A stretch of 64,000 nucleotides of DNA from Antechinus flavipes (lineage: Eukaryota): NCBI RefSeq assembly GCF_016432865.1, contig NC_067402.1, positions 2,046,001 to 2,110,000 of the forward strand. Reading direction: 5' to 3'. The position numbers were made by a program, and so were the translations under genes. Position 1 is the first letter of the stretch; every line of letters starts with the position of its first letter. Shown one piece after another: positions 43,470 through 55,230 of the stretch. The notes under the pieces are model-generated. The model was not told the origin of the DNA, made no database searches, and saw only the letters and a list, made by a program, of their open reading frames with translations.

Positions 43470-43990
43470 ATCCTTTCTAGCTTAGCCATACTCAGTTGTC
43501 ATGGACTTTTAGAATCAACTGTATTAAGACATACCGAGCAGGACGGTCTCAGAAAAAGCTGGATAATTTACGTGAGCTGATGCAGAGCGAAGCGAGCAGA
43601 ACCGGGAGAATGTTGTGCACACTAAAGGTACCTATGATAGATATGGCTCCTCAGCAATGCAATGATCCAGGATGATTCAGAAAAACATAATGAAAAAATG
43701 CTGTCCATTCTCAGAGAAAGAACTGTTGAGTCCAAGTGAGCAAAACCTACTTTTGTTCACTTCCTTTTTTTAATTTTTAATTTTTTTGGTCTGCATTTTC
43801 TTTCATAACCTAATATGGAAACATGTTTTGCATGACTGCACATGGTATAAACTTATTTCCCCTCAGGGAGGGAAAAGGAAAGCAAATTTGGATAATTTTT
43901 TTAAAAAATGGGTGTTAAAAGACTGTCTTTATATGTAACTGGGAAAAAGATCATTAAAAAAGAATTTCGAGTAGTTTCAGTTGCTCAGTG
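43470..43990 (+). mobile_element. L1 3' end fragment
   Basis: GAGCTGATGCAGAGCGAAGCGAGCAGAACCGGGAGAA...CAGCAATGCAATGATCCAGGA is a marsupial L1 3'UTR motif. Confidence 0.8.
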
Positions 43991-44469
43991 AAAAGGATGT
44001 GGGTAGAGGCTATATCTATCGTCAAGAAAAAAAGACTTAAAACCAGCCTATGTTGCCGTTGCTCATTCCCAGTACTCCATTGGCCAGCTCACTGCTTTTG
44101 CCTGACATGATCTTTGCCTGTCTCTTAGAATTTACGGTTTCCTTCAAAACTCAATTCAAGCACCATTTTCTGCTGGAGCTCTTTGCTGGGTCACTTCTCC
44201 TCTCTGCCACTTACTAATACCTTCCCTTCTCCAATTATTTATTTTTGGCTAATATTCACACAGCTGTTCATGTTGCCCCCACCCACTCTGTCTTAACTTG
44301 TGTATTCCGGTATTAGAATGCAATTCCCTTCACGATTAGTACTTCTTAAAGGTGCCTTGCTGAGCTTGATTTCTCAAGTTCAGAATGTCTGAGCAGAGCT
44401 CATTTCCCACCAGCTGGGCTCACAAACTGAACTTGTCCCTCACAATGACCCGCTTCTTATCTCATCTGT

Positions 44470-45340
44470 GCCGAATTTTGTACCTTTTCCTTCCACATAC
44501 TGTTGGTTTTAGATAAATACTGCTTATGATTTTAAGGAAAGCTCCCTTTATCCCTGTGCTCTCCAGTGTTTTTAATTGGAATGGGTGCTGTATTTTGTCA
44601 GAAGCTTTTTCTGCATCTATTGAGATTATCATATGATTTCTGTTGTTTTGTTCTTGATATGGTGGATTAGGTAATAATTTTCTGGTAATGAACCAATTGT
44701 CCATTCCTGGTATAAATCCTACTTGGTCATAGTGTATTAACCTGCTGATAAGCTGCTATAATCTCTTTGCTAAGATTTTATTGAACATTTTTGCATCAAT
44801 ATAACAATTATGTCTGTTTCGGCTCTTTCAGGTTTAGGTATCGGTACCATATTTGTGTCATAGAAGCAATTTGGCAGGACTTCTTTACCCATTTTTCCAA
44901 ATAGTTTACACAGTAGTGGAACTAATTATTCTTTAAATGTTTGGTAGAGGTCACTTGTGAATCCATTTAGTCCTGGAGATTATTTCTTAGGGAGTTCATT
45001 AATGGCTTCATTTTTTTTTTTTTTCTAAAATGGGACTAGTTAAGTAATTTATTTCCTTTTCTGCTAACCTGGACAATTTATATTTTTCTAAAAATTGATC
45101 TATTTTGGTTAGATTGTCAGATTTGCTGGCATATAGTTGGGCAAAATAGCTCGTAATTAATGTTTTAATTTCTACATCATTAGTGCTACTTCCCTTTTGA
45201 TTTTTTGATGCTGTTGATTCATTTTTTTTCTTTTCTTTTTCTAATCAAATTAACCAAAAGTTTATCTATTTTGGTTCCCCCTCCCCCATAAAATCAACTC
45301 TTTTTATTAATTCAATCATTTTCTTAGTTTCAATTTTATT
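44470..45340 (-). mobile_element. L1 ORF2 fragment
   Basis: TTTTGTCAGAAGCTTTTTCTGCATCTATTGAGATTATCATATGATT is the antisense of the [20 protein letters not shown] region. Confidence 0.85.
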
Positions 45341-45399
45341 CATTTCTCCTTTGAGTTTCAGAATATCTCATTTAATGGGCCTCCTTGACTCCCAGACAA

Positions 45400-46240
45400 G
45401 CCTCCAGTGCTGCCCCTGTGCCTGCGATGCCCTCCCTCCTCCCCTTTACCTTGGAGCATTTTTCTTTCCACTCTCCACTCTCCTGGGCCTTCCTGGATTC
45501 CCTGTATTGTTCATGGCTTCCCCCAAATCCGTGTCCTTATTATGACCTGCCAGTAGAATGAGAAGACCCGCAATAACCCCCCCCCCCCCCGCAGGGTATG
45601 TCTCCAGCTCCTAGGCCAAGCTGCCAGAGAGGAAGGACCCTCCAAGAAGTCCAGTAGAACTGTGGGGAATAGCGGCTCAGAGCTGCTGTCCGATGGCCGC
45701 CACACCGCCAGAGTTCTCTGAGCTTGCCCTCTCTCCCGCAGAGGACGGACTGTTGGCCAGCCTTTTCAGCGGGGCCTGATTCTTCCTTGCCCTTATGCAC
45801 CCTGCCATCCTTAAGCTAGCCTCCTGTACTTTTCCTTCCTCTCACGGCCACTCCTGGGGAATCTCTGGGAACACCCTGCTTTCCTTTTCTCGCACAAACT
45901 TCTGGATCTCTTGAATTCGGCTTCTGATGGCCCAGGTAAGCTCGGACCGCCCTCTCCAAGACTCCCAAGGATCTAACGGTTGCATCCAGAGGCCCTTTCT
46001 CCCTTGTTCTTCCTGTTGGCCGCCTCGGGCACTCGGGACACTCTCCCCGACCTGGACGATCCGACACTGCCTTCTCCGAAGGTTCTCCCCGTTGGTCCAT
46101 TTCTTCCTATTTCCACAGTCCTCCCACCTCGACCTGCACGTGGGCGCCCCACTCCTCTTCCTGCTACGTCTCAGCTCCCCCGGGGTCCCGACGCCTCTAT
46201 GAACGATTCCATTCCCTCCGTGTCCCGTGTCTCCTCCCAA
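45400..46240 (-). mobile_element. Possible decayed gag-like LTR-element relic
   Basis: Frameshifted KLRELWR/VWRPSDSSSEPLFPTVLLDFLEGPSSLAAW weakly resembles SCAN/Gmr1-Gypsy capsid. Confidence 0.2.
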
Positions 46241-47269
46241 GCTGACTGCCGGCGCTCACCGGGATGGCCGGGGGTCACCTTCCTCTCAGCACGTCCCGAA
46301 CTGGAGGAGAGGCGAGAACTGCCCGTCACCGTTGTCGGGCGGACGCGTAGACTGCAGGTTTCCGGGTTAAGGCTCCCTCCGACGCCTCTCCCTCAGCCTC
46401 TGTGGTCACCCAGCTCGGGCCCCAGGGGAACCCAGGGCCGCGCCGCGGCAGGCCGGGTGACCGGTGCTGGTTCTGAGGGAGCTCACGGCCTGGCGGAGGG
46501 GACTTGGTCCGGGCCACGGACACTGAGCGTGGACAGTGGGAGCGTCTCCCGGGGGAGGCCAGTCCCGGGGGCCGCAGGGCTTCCGCACCTCCCGCCGTGG
46601 CCTCTCCCCGTCTTGCTTAGGGCGCTGACCCCTCGCTGGAGCCCTCCCACGCCCACGCAGCCTCCCGGGGGTCTCCATCTTGCCCCTCGGACTCTGCGGC
46701 CAGCAAGTGGTGGCCCGTGGAGACGCTGGCCGGGGCTGTCCTGGCCGAGGCGGCTTTAACAACCGTCTCCGTAGCGCCTCCACATCGGTCACTGGAGGAG
46801 ACGCTCGGGTGGTCCCCCAGCCCCGGTGGGGGAGGGGTCCCCTGCGGTCCCGCCGCCCCCCCGGGTTCGCACCTTCCCTGCTCCGCCCGCCCATTCAGGC
46901 TGCCCCGCGGGCTCTCCTTTCCCAGCTCGCTCCCCGCGGGCCGCTGCCCCAAACCCGGACGCGACGCTCAGTGCCAAGAACACAGCCGGCGCTTCATCGC
47001 TGCTGTTTGTCCTTCGCTTTAAGAGCTCGCTGACATCAGGGAGCAGAAGCGAGGGGGGCTGGGCGAGGTCACCTGCCTTCTGGAGCCACCTGCCTGCAGG
47101 TGGAAAGGTGAAGTCTCAGGAGGAGCCCCGCCTCCCCCGCCTGCAGTGTGCGGATTCCTGGCTGCCTTCGGGGACCTGGGCCAGCTGCAGGAACTTGGGC
47201 TAGGTAAGGCTGGGCTCTAGCCTCAAAGTCTTCCAGCTTCTGCCCGGCCCAGCGTGGGCAGGTGCGCCC

Positions 47270-47811
47270 GGGAGGAGGGAGGGGCCAGGAGAGGAGCGCG
47301 CACGCGCAGACCCCGCCTTCCCTCCGAGGCTGTCAGTTGGGCGCCCCGCCCCCTTCTTTCCCGCGCACGCCCCGCCTCCGCGGCACCACCTGCACCCTCC
47401 ATTGACCGACGCACCCGTCGCTCCCGAGCTGGGGCCAATGAAAGCGCGGCACCGGGGGGCGGTAACAGGAGGCGGCGGCGGTGACAGGAGGCGGCGGCGG
47501 TGACTACGGCGGCTGCTCCGAGGAGCTGCGGGAGCGGAGGCGGAGGCGGACGCGGACGATGTGAGCGGGCTCCCAAGCGGGTCCTGTCGGCGGCGCCATG
47601 GGGGCGCCGGGCCCCGGCCCCGGCCCCGGCCCCGGCCCCGGCTCCGGCTCCGGCTCTGGTCCCGGGTGGCAGCGGCGGCTGAGACGGCCTTGAGCCCCAG
47701 GAGCCGAGCCCACCCCGGGGGCGCGCCCCGCCCACGCCCGCCGGGCACGCGCCCTCGCTCCCGCGGCGCGCCCTCCCCTCTGTCCTCCTCGCCCCCTCCC
47801 CTTCCCGGGCC
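47270..47811 (+). promoter_or_regulatory. GLCCI1 CpG-island promoter and GC-rich 5' leader
   Basis: GC boxes, CCAAT at about 47436, a duplicated GGAGGCGGCGGCGGTGAC unit and a (GGCCCC)5 run upstream of ATG 47812. The TSS position cannot be read from sequence. Confidence 0.75.
47598..47693 (+). CDS. Candidate uORF, 31 aa: MGAPGPGPGPGPGPGSGSGSGPGWQRRLRRP*
   Basis: GCGCCATGG Kozak context; stop TGA 47691-47693, out of frame with and 118 nt before the GLCCI1 ATG. Translation not demonstrated. Confidence 0.5.
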   Translation: MGAPGPGPGPGPGPGSGSGSGPGWQRRLRRP

Positions 47812-48088
47812 ATGTCGGCAGCGGCGGCGGCTGGGGGCTCAGTGGGCTCGGCTGGGGGTCCCGGCCCCGGCCCCGCGCAGCCCCCGCCCCCGCCGCCCCC
47901 CGCCGGGCCCCGGATGCGGCGCAGCGCCGCCAGCTCCCCCACGGCCCCGGGCGCCGGCCGCCTGCTGCAGCCCATCCGCGCCACAGTGCCCTTCCAGCTG
48001 CTGCGTGGGGGGCCCAGCCCTCCGGCCCCCGACCCCCCGAGGCCCCAGGGCCGTCCCCGGCGCAGGAGCGGCTCCCCGGAGCCCCGAG
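47812..48088 (+). CDS. GLCCI1: GLCCI1 (FAM117 family) coding exon 1, 277 nt
   Basis: RMRRSAASSP and GAGRLLQPIRATVPFQLLRG match human GLCCI1 as recalled; donor CGAG/GTAAGG, phase 1. Confidence 0.92.
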
Positions 48089-50099
48089 GTAAGGGCGCTG
48101 GGGGAAGGAGAGGCATGGGGGCGTGGCGAAGAGAGCCTCGGCTGGAGCCTCCGGGGAGATGTGGGAAGGGGCTGACCCGGGTGGACCCCCTCGGGGATGG
48201 GGTGTATGTGTGGGGAGGCTCGCGCGTCTGTGTGTGCATTTGGCGGAGCCCCAGCGCTCCCGGGGGGCTTCTGGGCCAGCAGAGCCCTTGGCGGTATGAA
48301 CTGCCCCTTGTCATACCGGGTTGGGCCGGGCAGCGCCATGGGGGTCCTGTAATTGGTGCTCGGCGGGAGGCCGCCCCCTCCCCTGCCCCGCCCCCATCGC
48401 CAGCTGCTGCAGAAACTGACAAGCTCCCGCAAATCTCGAATGAATGAATGAAAACGACGTGATCGCCCTGATAATGCCCCACGCGTGCGCGGGTGATGCC
48501 CTGCTCCGCTCCCCCCTTGCAGACCGTGCCCTCCCCCCGGGACTTGCCACGTCGCGCGCGAGGTCCCCGTGGGTGTCCTCTTGGAGGATTCGGGAGCCCC
48601 ACGACCCCCCTCCCCCCAGGAGCAGCGGATTTTCTTTCCCCGTGACTGCAGAGCCGATCCCCGGGATCCAGGCCCGGGGCCAGGCCAGGCCCTGCTACTC
48701 CTGCTGCCGTGACGTCACTCCAGCCACTGATGAATGAAAACGGCGGCCCTGCCCCCCCTCCCCCAGGAGTGGCCCCTGGGCAGCCTAGCTTGGGGGACGG
48801 GGGAAGGGCTCCGTGGGTGGGAGTGGCGTCATGAGTGGCCGGCTTCTGCGGGCTGCTGAGGTCAGGGCTGGGAGGGTCAGGGGGCGGCCGCCGGCTCCCC
48901 ACGGCTCACTGACCTGGTGGCAGGAGGATTTTAAAAGCTGTCTGTGCCAGACTGTTGTTTAACACGAAGTGGGGACGGTTTCTCCCAGTGTGAGCTTGCC
49001 CCCATCTCCCGCAGGTGGCTTTACACGTTGGAATGGACAAGGCCAGTTCTTGGCTCCACATCCAGAACATTGAGGAGGCTTTTATGCTAATCAGCCTTTT
49101 CCCTGATTGTTGGGGGTGGGACTTGGTCTGCCTAGTGGAGATGGGACCCTAGGAAGACCCTGATTTCCTGAAATTAGGACTAAGTGGCCAGAGGGGAGGG
49201 GGGAGGAGTTGGTTTGTTTCTTCCGAAACTTCTTCCCAGGTGGCTCTTGCCAAAGGCATCCAAAAGTAAGAGCGCTCCTTCCTGGAGGGGCTCGTTGCTA
49301 GGGGAGACTCGCTGCTCTTCAGACTGGTTCCAATTGTGGAAAACCAGAAAGCCTGAAAGGCCGCCAGTTACTGGGAATAAGGGAGTCCCCTCGTTTCAAG
49401 TCGCAAATTCCCCTTTGAACCAGGGACCAGATTTTCCAAAACTGTGGGGAAGATGTGACCATTGGCGCTCTTCCCGCACTCCTGGCCGGACTTGGCCGCC
49501 GAGAGGTCTCCCAGGTAGCTGATGGATGGCCAGGGCTGCTTGTGTTCCTCCGTTTTACATGCATGGGCCCACCCGGCCGGCTCTTACGCCTCCCCACGGG
49601 CTTCGCTGGCTTGCCTTGGGCCTGCACTGACCTTTGGGACTCCCGGAGAGATCCGTGTCCTTAGCAGTGTTCTTCAGCCTGGACCCCATCCCGGAATTAG
49701 GCTTCTCCTTGTGGAAACGGCCTTTAGGAAGCGAGGCTACCTCAGCCAGGGACCTAGAAGGAGGGGGCTTTGCGGCTGGAGCGCTCGGCTCGCCCTTCCC
49801 TCTGTACTGCTGTGGGCTTATTTATGGCCAGCTCCGGGGCTCGAGCAGGCGCTTCATGATCCGGAGGCGCAACTGGATCATTTTAAAGAACTCGCATGTG
49901 TGGTTGGGGTTTTTTAGTCTTTGTGCTTTTTGAGGACGCCGGCACGGGAACGGGTCATTAGCCATAACGCAAAGGTTCTGCTCATTCGATTGGTCCCGCC
50001 ATTTCTCCGTCCAGGGAGCTGGGAGAAATTCAGTCTCCCTTTGGGATGGAGCTTCTTGGCATTCACGCAGGGAAAGCCGCTTCCTTCCCCAGCTTTCCA

Positions 50100-50420
50100 C
50101 ACAACTGCAACATCACGTGCACATGCATGTATACCTATGTGGTGTGTACACTGCAGGCGTGTAGTTGTGCATGCACGTGTGTGCGTTCTGTGCAGGAGTG
50201 TGTGGTTGTGTGTGCACATACATGTGTGCATATTGTGCATACGTGCGTTTGTGTGTGCACACATGTGTGTACTGTGCATTGTGTGGTTATGCGCGCAAGG
50301 CATGTGTGCATGTGTGTTTGTGTGTGCACACACATGCATGTATCATGCAGGATTATGAGGTTGTGTGCGCACATGCGTGTGTGCATATTGTGCACGCGTG
50401 TGTGGTTGTGCATGCATGTG
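50100..50420. repeat. Degenerate (TG)/(TGCA)-rich simple repeat
   Basis: About 320 bp alternating purine-pyrimidine tract. Confidence 0.9.
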
Positions 50421-51849
50421 TTTCCCGGTGCCTCAGCTCTCCAGCTCTTTGGTGCGCCCGGCACATGAGCTGATGGCCAGGGCCGGGATTTGTCTCTCCT
50501 GGGCACAAAGCCTGCCCGCGGTGCTCTCGCGGACGCCTCGGGAGGAGGCCCCGACATCCCATAGTGGGGACCGGCTGCTTTGCAGAACTCCCCGTTCCAT
50601 CCGTCAGTCGCCATCTCTCCTCAGGGGCCAGAACGCCAAGAGAGGCCCGCAGACATGTGAGAAAGCGCCGAGAGTGTGTTGGGGAGTTGGCCCCGAGCGC
50701 CTCCAGCCCTGCAGGGGCGGTGGGCCTCGCCTCCCCTTTGCCCCTCCTCCTTTTCTCGCTCAGACTGCGAGCTCCTTGGGGGCAGGAGCTGCCCTTCTCC
50801 CTCTCTGCGCCCTCAGCGCAGCGAGTGCAAGTGCTCCCCGGAGGCTCGAGCCTTGGGCCGCTTTGCTTGTTGTTCACGGCTGGGAGACGAGAGGAATGGA
50901 CTGGGCCAGCGGAGCATGACGGCCTAGAAGAGGCGGGGCCGGGGGCCGGGTCTAGGAGTGGGTCAAGCGGGCTTGAGCAGTGCGCTCCTGGGCAGAGCCG
51001 CTCCAGGGCCCTTTCTCGATCTTCGTGGGTGGACACGTGGCTCCTCCTGCTCTTTGGACACGAACCGGGACTTTGTTCTCTTTTCCCCAAGAAGCGGCGC
51101 CCCGGGAGCAGGAGCTTCCAGCTCTCCCACCGGGGGCTCGGAGCCGGAGCCGTCGGCAGCCATCTCTGCGGCGGGCCCAGCGGGCTCTTTGAGAACGCCC
51201 AGCGTGGGTTGAAGCTCGCGTAGGAGAATTGTGATTGAGAAATGCAGCAGAGTCCGGCCACAGTGGGCCCCTGCGCTGTCCCCTGCCTGGTGGGGCAGGC
51301 AAGCAGAATTCTGTTTTCTTGGGTGGGCCCAGGCCGAGGGCGCCTCTGCCCTTCCCCAGGCTTCCCTCGGGCTCTCCTTCAGTTGGGACCACTCATTGAA
51401 GCCAGCTTTGATGGGGCACAAAGAGGCAGAAGGTGCCCTCCTGGTCTTTGCGTTGGGTCTCAGAAAACCAGAGCCGTGTCTTTCACAGAAAAAGGGGGTG
51501 TCCTTGAAGAGAATGGGGCTGCGTGATGGAGCCATGGAGACTCCTTGTGGAGAGGAAAAGGCCCGATGCTCCTGGTGTCGACTCCACCCCATCAGTTGCC
51601 AAGGAAGAAATTGTAGGTGTCCAAGCTGTGGCCAGAGAGCCAGAGGCGGCCAGAGGGATGGAGGCAGTCAGAGGGCCGGCCGCAGCCCTCGGGAGGCCTC
51701 CCCCGCAGCCGTTCAGGAGTCCATGCAGGAGGTGATGAGGGCCTGCCCAAGGTGGGAGCAACGTGAGAGTGTGAGGGTCCGGTGGTGGGACACTCCGAGT
51801 CATCGCGTAGAGAAGGTGACCAGGTGGCTGGTATTAGAAAGGAGAAGAG

Positions 51850-54800
51850 GAAATCAAAGCAATCTTAAGTAATTATTTTGCTAATAAATTTAGCACTTTG
51901 AGTGAAATGGAAGAATATTTGCAAAAACGTAAATTGCCTTGATTAGCAGAAGGGACTTGGACTAGCTAAATAAACTAATTTGGGAGAAAGAAATTGAACA
52001 AGTCATAATTGAGCTTCCCAAGAAAAAATGGACCAGATGAATTTCCAAATGAATTCTCTCAAACATTTAAGGATCAACTAATTCCAGTATTAAATAAATG
52101 ATTTGAAATAATAGGCAAAGAAGGGCTCCTACCAAAGTCCTTTTATGAAACAAATATAATACTGATATCTAAACCAGGAAGAGTGAACACAAAGAAAATT
52201 ATAGATCAATTTCATTAATGAATATGGATGCAAAAATCCTGGGGGAGGAGGGAACTAACTAGAAGATTACAGTAACATATTGCAAAGGTTGTACATGGTG
52301 ACCAAGTGAGATTATAGTAGAAGTGCAGGCATAGTTTAACACAAGGAAAACTATTGATATGATTGATTATGTCAGTAATAAAAATAACAATTATGTGCTA
52401 ATATCAATAGATGCAGAAAAAGCTTTTGATTAAAAAAAAACCCACTGATTCCTATTTAAAAGGCTTGAAAGCCCAGGTATAGATGTATTTTCACTTAAAA
52501 TGATTAAAAGCGTCTCCCTAAAACCATCAGTAAGCATTATTTGTAATAAGGATAAGTTAGAAGTCTTTCTAGTAAGGTCACCTGTCACCAGTATTATTTC
52601 AACATTGTATTGGAAATCCTAGCAATAACAGTAAGAGGAAAAAAGAAATAGAAGGAATCAAAATGGGTCATGAGTTAAAAATATAGATGATAATATAATG
52701 TATTTGGAGAATCATAATAAACTAAAAGTTAATTGCAACAACAATTTTAGCAAAGTAGCAGGACATAAAGTAAACCCACATAAAGCATTAGCATTCCTAT
52801 ATATCACCAACAAAACCCTGCAAGAAGGGATAGTAAGAGATACCCCATTTAAAATAACTGTAGACAATATAAAGTATCTAGGAATACATCAGGAACTATA
52901 TGAACAAAATTATTAAAAAAAACAACCCTTTTTATCCAAATAAAGTCAGTTTTAAGTAATTCGAGAAATATAATTGTATTTATGGGTAGGCAGAGCCAAT
53001 ATTAAAAAATGAGTGTTATCTCTATTCCATGTCATCCCAATTAAATTACCAAAATTATTTTATTGAATTAGAAAAAAATAACAAAATTCATTGGAAGAAA
53101 AAAAGATCAAGAATATCCAAGTAACTAAAGAAAATATAAAGAAAAGAGGGTTAGCAGTACCAGATCTTAAAACTACATTATAAGCAGTAATTATTAAAAC
53201 TATTTGGTATTGCCTGAGAAACAGAAATGTAGATTAGTAGAACAGAGGAGACATATCAACAGCAAATGACGGTAGTAACCTTGAGTTTGACAAATGTAAA
53301 GACTTAAGTTTTAGGAATCAGAATTCATTGGTAAAAATTGTTGGGAAAACTGGAAAAAAAATCTGGCAGAAATTGGATATAGATTAATATCTTATACCAT
53401 TTACCAAAAATAAGGTCAAAATAGATTCCTGAACCTAGGTATAAAAGGAGATATTACAAGAAAAATTGAAAAACATAGAACATATTACCTATCAGACTTA
53501 TGGACAGGTGAACAATTTAGGAATGAACAAGAAATAGAGCATTGTCAGGTATAAAATGGATAATTTTAATTATTTCAAATTAAAAAGCTTATTATAAATA
53601 AAATCAATGTAACTAAGATCAAAAGAAAAACAATTTTTTTGGGAAAATTTATAAACAGTAAGGTCTCAAGTCTCGAATATATAAAAACTTCACCAATTCT
53701 AGAAGAAAATAACCATTCTCACAGAGAGGATTGGTGAGATTTACATGAACTGATGCTAAGTGAAATGAGCAGAACCAGGAGATCATTATATACCTCAACA
53801 ATGATACTGTATGAGGATGTATTCTGATGGAAGTAGATATCTTCGACAAAGAGAAGATCTAACCCAGTTTCAATTGATCAAGGATGGACAGAAGCAGCTA
53901 CACCCAAAGAAAGAACACTGGGAAATGAATGTAAACTGCTTGCATTTTTGTTTTTCTTCCCGGGTTACTTCTACTTCTGAATCCAATTCTCCCTGTGCAA
54001 CAAGAGAACTGTTTGGTTCTGCACACATATATTGTATCTAGGATATACTGTAACCTATTTAACAAGTATAGGACTGCTTGTCATCTGAGGGAGGAGGTGG
54101 AGGAGGGAGGGGAAAAATCGGAACAGAAGTGAGTGCAAGGGAAAATGTTGTAAAAAATTACCAGGCATGGGTTCTGTCAATAAAAAGTTAATTTAAAAAA
54201 AAAAAAAAGAAAGAAAAGAATCATTCTCTAGTTGTTAAATGAGAAAGAATATGTACAGGTAGATTTCTGATGAAAACAAAATCATTACTGACAAGAGGAT
54301 GCAGATTAAAACAACCTTGAGGCATCATTTTGCATTTATCAGATTGGCTAAAATGACTAAAAAGGAAAGTGACAAGTACTGGAGAGGATGAGAAAAATAG
54401 GGATGTCATTTCAGTGTTGGTGAAGTTGAATTGATGCAGCCATTTTAAAGAACAATCTGGAATTATACCCAAAGTGTTATAAAACCGTGTATACCCTTTG
54501 ATCTGGCAATACAATTCTCAAACGTGTGTCCCAAGGTGATAAGAAAAAAGGAAAAGAACCCATGTGTTCTAAAATAGTACTAGCAGCTCTCTTTGTGGTT
54601 GCAAAGAACTAGAAATTGCAGAGATGCCCATCAATTGGAGAATGGCTGGACCAATTGTGGTATATGATCATGACGAAATCCTACTATGCTATAAGAACTG
54701 ATGAGCTCAGTAACTGTAGAAAAAGACCTGCATGAAATAATGAAGAGCGAAATGAAGAGAACATTGTACATGGTAATAGCAATATTGTGTTTTTTCCCAA
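51850..54800 (+). mobile_element. Old AT-rich L1 ORF2 relic (about 3 kb) containing a nested younger L1
   Basis: TCAATAGATGCAGAAAAAGCTTTTGA, AAAGTAGCAGGACATAAAGTAAACCCACATAAA and other collinear ORF2 motifs. Confidence 0.9.
53721..54210 (+). mobile_element. Young 5'-truncated L1 3' end with poly(A) and target-site duplication
   Basis: AATAAA plus A-tail at about 54179-54210; 18-bp flanking repeat AAGAAAATAACCATTCTC (53703-53720) / AAGAAAAGAATCATTCTC (54211-54228). Confidence 0.85.
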
Positions 54801-54829
54801 TTGATAGTATTTTATTTTTTCCAATTACA

Positions 54830-55230
54830 TGAAAAGATAGTTTTCAGCATTTACTTTTATAAGATTTTTGAGTTCCAAATTTTTTTCTCCCTTTCCTTCC
54901 CTCTTCCCAAGACAGCAAGATATTTATATATATGTATATATACATACATATACACATATATATAAAGATTATACATGTACATGTTGTGAAAGAAAAATCA
55001 AAACAAAAGGGAAAAACCACAAGAAAGAAAAAAGCAAAAAAAAACTGGAAATGGCCTGCTTCAATCTGCATTCAGTCTCCGTAGTTCTTTTTCTGGATGC
55101 TGACGGCTTTTTCCATCCTAGATTGGAATTTTCTTGGATTGCTGTATTGTTGAGAAGAACTAAATTTGCATAATTGATCATCTCCCAATCTATTGTTTTA
55201 AGAACAACTTTGGGCAAATAAGTCATTTTA
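54830..55230 (-). mobile_element. L1 3' end fragment
   Basis: CATTTACTTTTATAAGATTTTTGAGTTCCAAATTTTT...TGCTTCAATCTGCATTCAGTCTCC, an antisense marsupial L1 3'UTR. Confidence 0.8.

Noticed and set aside
47223-48902. 559-aa minus-strand ORF across the GLCCI1 promoter
   Set aside because: Low-complexity Gly/Pro/Ala/Arg translation of a CpG island, with no domain signature.
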